DNA from: a virus
Virus record (IMG/VR): IMGVR_UViG_3300047322_000556
Span: 25,362 to 89,361 of that record
Strand: one strand, 5' to 3'
Length of the DNA: 64,000 bases
A program made the position numbers and the translations under genes. Numbering within the stretch: the stretch's first letter is position 1; every line of letters starts with the position of its first letter. The notes under the pieces are model-generated. The model ran no database searches. It saw only the letters and a list, made by a program, of their open reading frames with translations, and was not told the DNA's origin. This document shows positions 63,301 through 64,000 of the stretch, piece by piece.

Positions 63301-63736
63301 CCGCAAATACGGCTCGGACGTCGATTTCGCGAAGCAATGGGCTGAAATGCTCAAGCGCAAATATCCGGGCGCGGTGGGCGCGGGCGGCGACGCGCGCAAG
63401 TTCGCGACGGAGCTCAAGCGCGGCGGCTACGCCACAGACCCGGACTACGTCAGTAAGCTGGTCGGCTCCGCCTACAGCGTCTCAAACGTTCCTACCGATC
63501 CAGCCGCGCCCGCGCGCAAACCTGGCGGTGACTTCGGCGCGATGCCGCTGCCGTCGAATTCCGCTGCGCTTTCCGGGCCGAATGGCGCGATGACAGGCGG
63601 GGCAGCAAGCGGCGTGCAGAAATTTGCCTTCGAGCACAAGGTCGTGCTCGTGGATCAGCTCGGCCGCCCGCGCGCGGCGCCGGTTTTCACGACCCAATAC
63701 GGTGAGCCTTCGCCGAGCGGGGTAGCAAAATCATGA
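60332..63736 (+). CDS. tape measure protein with C-terminal GH73/FlgJ-like peptidoglycan hydrolase
   Basis: Ala/Gly-rich helical 1134 aa; NETGWG, NNLGNVK, YRKY, GGYATDPDY. Confidence 0.88.
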   Translation: MTNTQIKFSADASAVTAALQAVNDKAAEVNSTLNAGTVGIDTDKAQKQLDNLLDTVEQLTQATQEAANAGHELDFDDVAKSAADAAKAAEDLANALNSQGGGGGSSAVKQQVNDLKGLADTIERVRKVQEVLAQEGIQLSRRQTIEAKKRYDEWRKSGAAGSGKIKNVGFDDFVDGGWRKMALAEIDARRFRRQVLSASGIDVAPITPGAAPKEPAAPREPRAPREPKEPTPKQVKTLAQFAAGAVQDAMGGVMNTAVPGGGGIGGRIVGRGFAEAAGSEGGLLSAGGLGRMAAGLGIGALAFGAVKAVGAIKDKVGDAQDESTAYSDLRHAMGQTTTDFDTLRASLRDAAHGLGVANNEVVQLGSQFAKIAGVAPGHERGLGDDVRTSIGFARSYGLDPSQGIGLFGTARHFGATSNDSENRRLAMMIGDAVAKAGSFAKMDEMIAAVTGFTERAARSTLGAAPDMSAFLDEMSKLTGLHMNGLDTKGAANIVGQMTNTWHAGGGMGEASKNFRMRSFTNALPGFTAFDLDYVNAMDPNSTVAQAFGHDSSAYRIASTRHDKKRMAQLDTYVKKSGNRRLQDIDVDSIISEYGNDTTQLVSAIANHTGLSIPQANAYLEARSSGRTIGTTEARLRSAGVDPSSVHGDYSMLAQLTGADAKGLRDTARGYLKDESLPAGLRGKLQGITNDATDGNEQGIETLRTALIQIAAAVSAPKDEGQRVREAVVDLKNVTQDMAAHLVPMTNDVREGILAIAQKLAPDSDRLKEVEAREFTPQERDLKSQYEEASAARDAAMQNSGAAKAAEVDAQIADFRKHHKGNDPATNATLKRLEAQKAQYLSSEYSAKQQAALDEANRKLADVREKAAKDAQNSGVYFKDWATRIAGGGSGADGRDARLGELADHLGVGANARSGGPNGNVAAFKKQYGHAAEIAAKELKVSPDVVLGMWGNETGWGKHIVPGTNNLGNVKQFDGGGVEAIDNMTGSLDRYRKYGSDVDFAKQWAEMLKRKYPGAVGAGGDARKFATELKRGGYATDPDYVSKLVGSAYSVSNVPTDPAAPARKPGGDFGAMPLPSNSAALSGPNGAMTGGAASGVQKFAFEHKVVLVDQLGRPRAAPVFTTQYGEPSPSGVAKS

Positions 63737-64000
63737 GGACATTCGAGCCCAAGTGCGAAGTGCGGCTCATCAAGGCGCGTGCGCGCGCCGAGATTGTGAC
63801 CGGCAAGCAGGCAGCAGCTTCCCGCTACGGCGGCAACTTTACGGGCGCCGATCTGACGCCGTTCCTGTCCGATTCCGGCTCGGTGACGGTGTCGAAGTCC
63901 GTGCGCGATGCGGCGGGCGGCTTCTCGATCACGCTGACCGATCGCCCGACGATTTTCGGCGAATCGCTCTACGCGATGATCGAGCCGATGGACATTATCG
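63733..64000 (+). CDS. baseplate hub/tail protein, 5' part (partial)
   Basis: ATGA overlap with the tape measure gene; VSKSVRDAAGGFSITL; runs off the window. Confidence 0.6.
   Translation, partial: MRTFEPKCEVRLIKARARAEIVTGKQAAASRYGGNFTGADLTPFLSDSGSVTVSKSVRDAAGGFSITLTDRPTIFGESLYAMIEPMDII

Noticed and set aside
1-64000. Integrase, att sites, partition genes or prophage boundary
   Set aside because: None seen; every gene looks phage-like, so lifestyle (integrated versus plasmid) cannot be decided from this window

Overview
This window is 64 kb of a high-GC tailed phage or prophage (Burkholderiales-like codon usage) with a contractile, myovirus-type tail. No integrase, att site or partition genes fall inside the window. 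Late modules alternate with early modules in a P1-like way. Late modules: HU plus TerS, TerL, portal/MuF, protease-scaffold-major capsid, neck, sheath, tube, lysis and tape measure. Early modules: DnaC-type loader, dUTPase, two DNA methyltransferases and two long minus-strand arrays of small genes. Main findings: (1) a candidate virion-cargo system, in which a 1508-aa HipA-like kinase plus ADP-ribosyltransferase polyvalent protein, a Nudix hydrolase, a small SH3-like protein and a 1.7-kaa SNF2 helicase share hydrophobic-x-K-[AS] motifs with the scaffold, protease and capsid N-terminus, and two of them share an IPGYTKxDGTxV leader. (2) A roughly 1-kb ORF-poor, highly structured RNA region with five CGUAA and one CCUAA pentaloop hairpins directly upstream of tRNA-Tyr. 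(3) A 10-copy late-promoter motif GTCGTGAC-N3-A-N3-T, four copies positioned for leaderless mRNAs. (4) Two operator families, TTTAYC-N5-GRTAAA and TTAGnCGnCTAA. (5) A copy of the capsid N-terminal peptide inside the prohead protease. (6) A +1 frameshift (UCC UUU CGA) in the tail chaperone. (7) A nested alternative-frame ORF inside dcm. All family calls come from motif recognition by eye; no searches were run.
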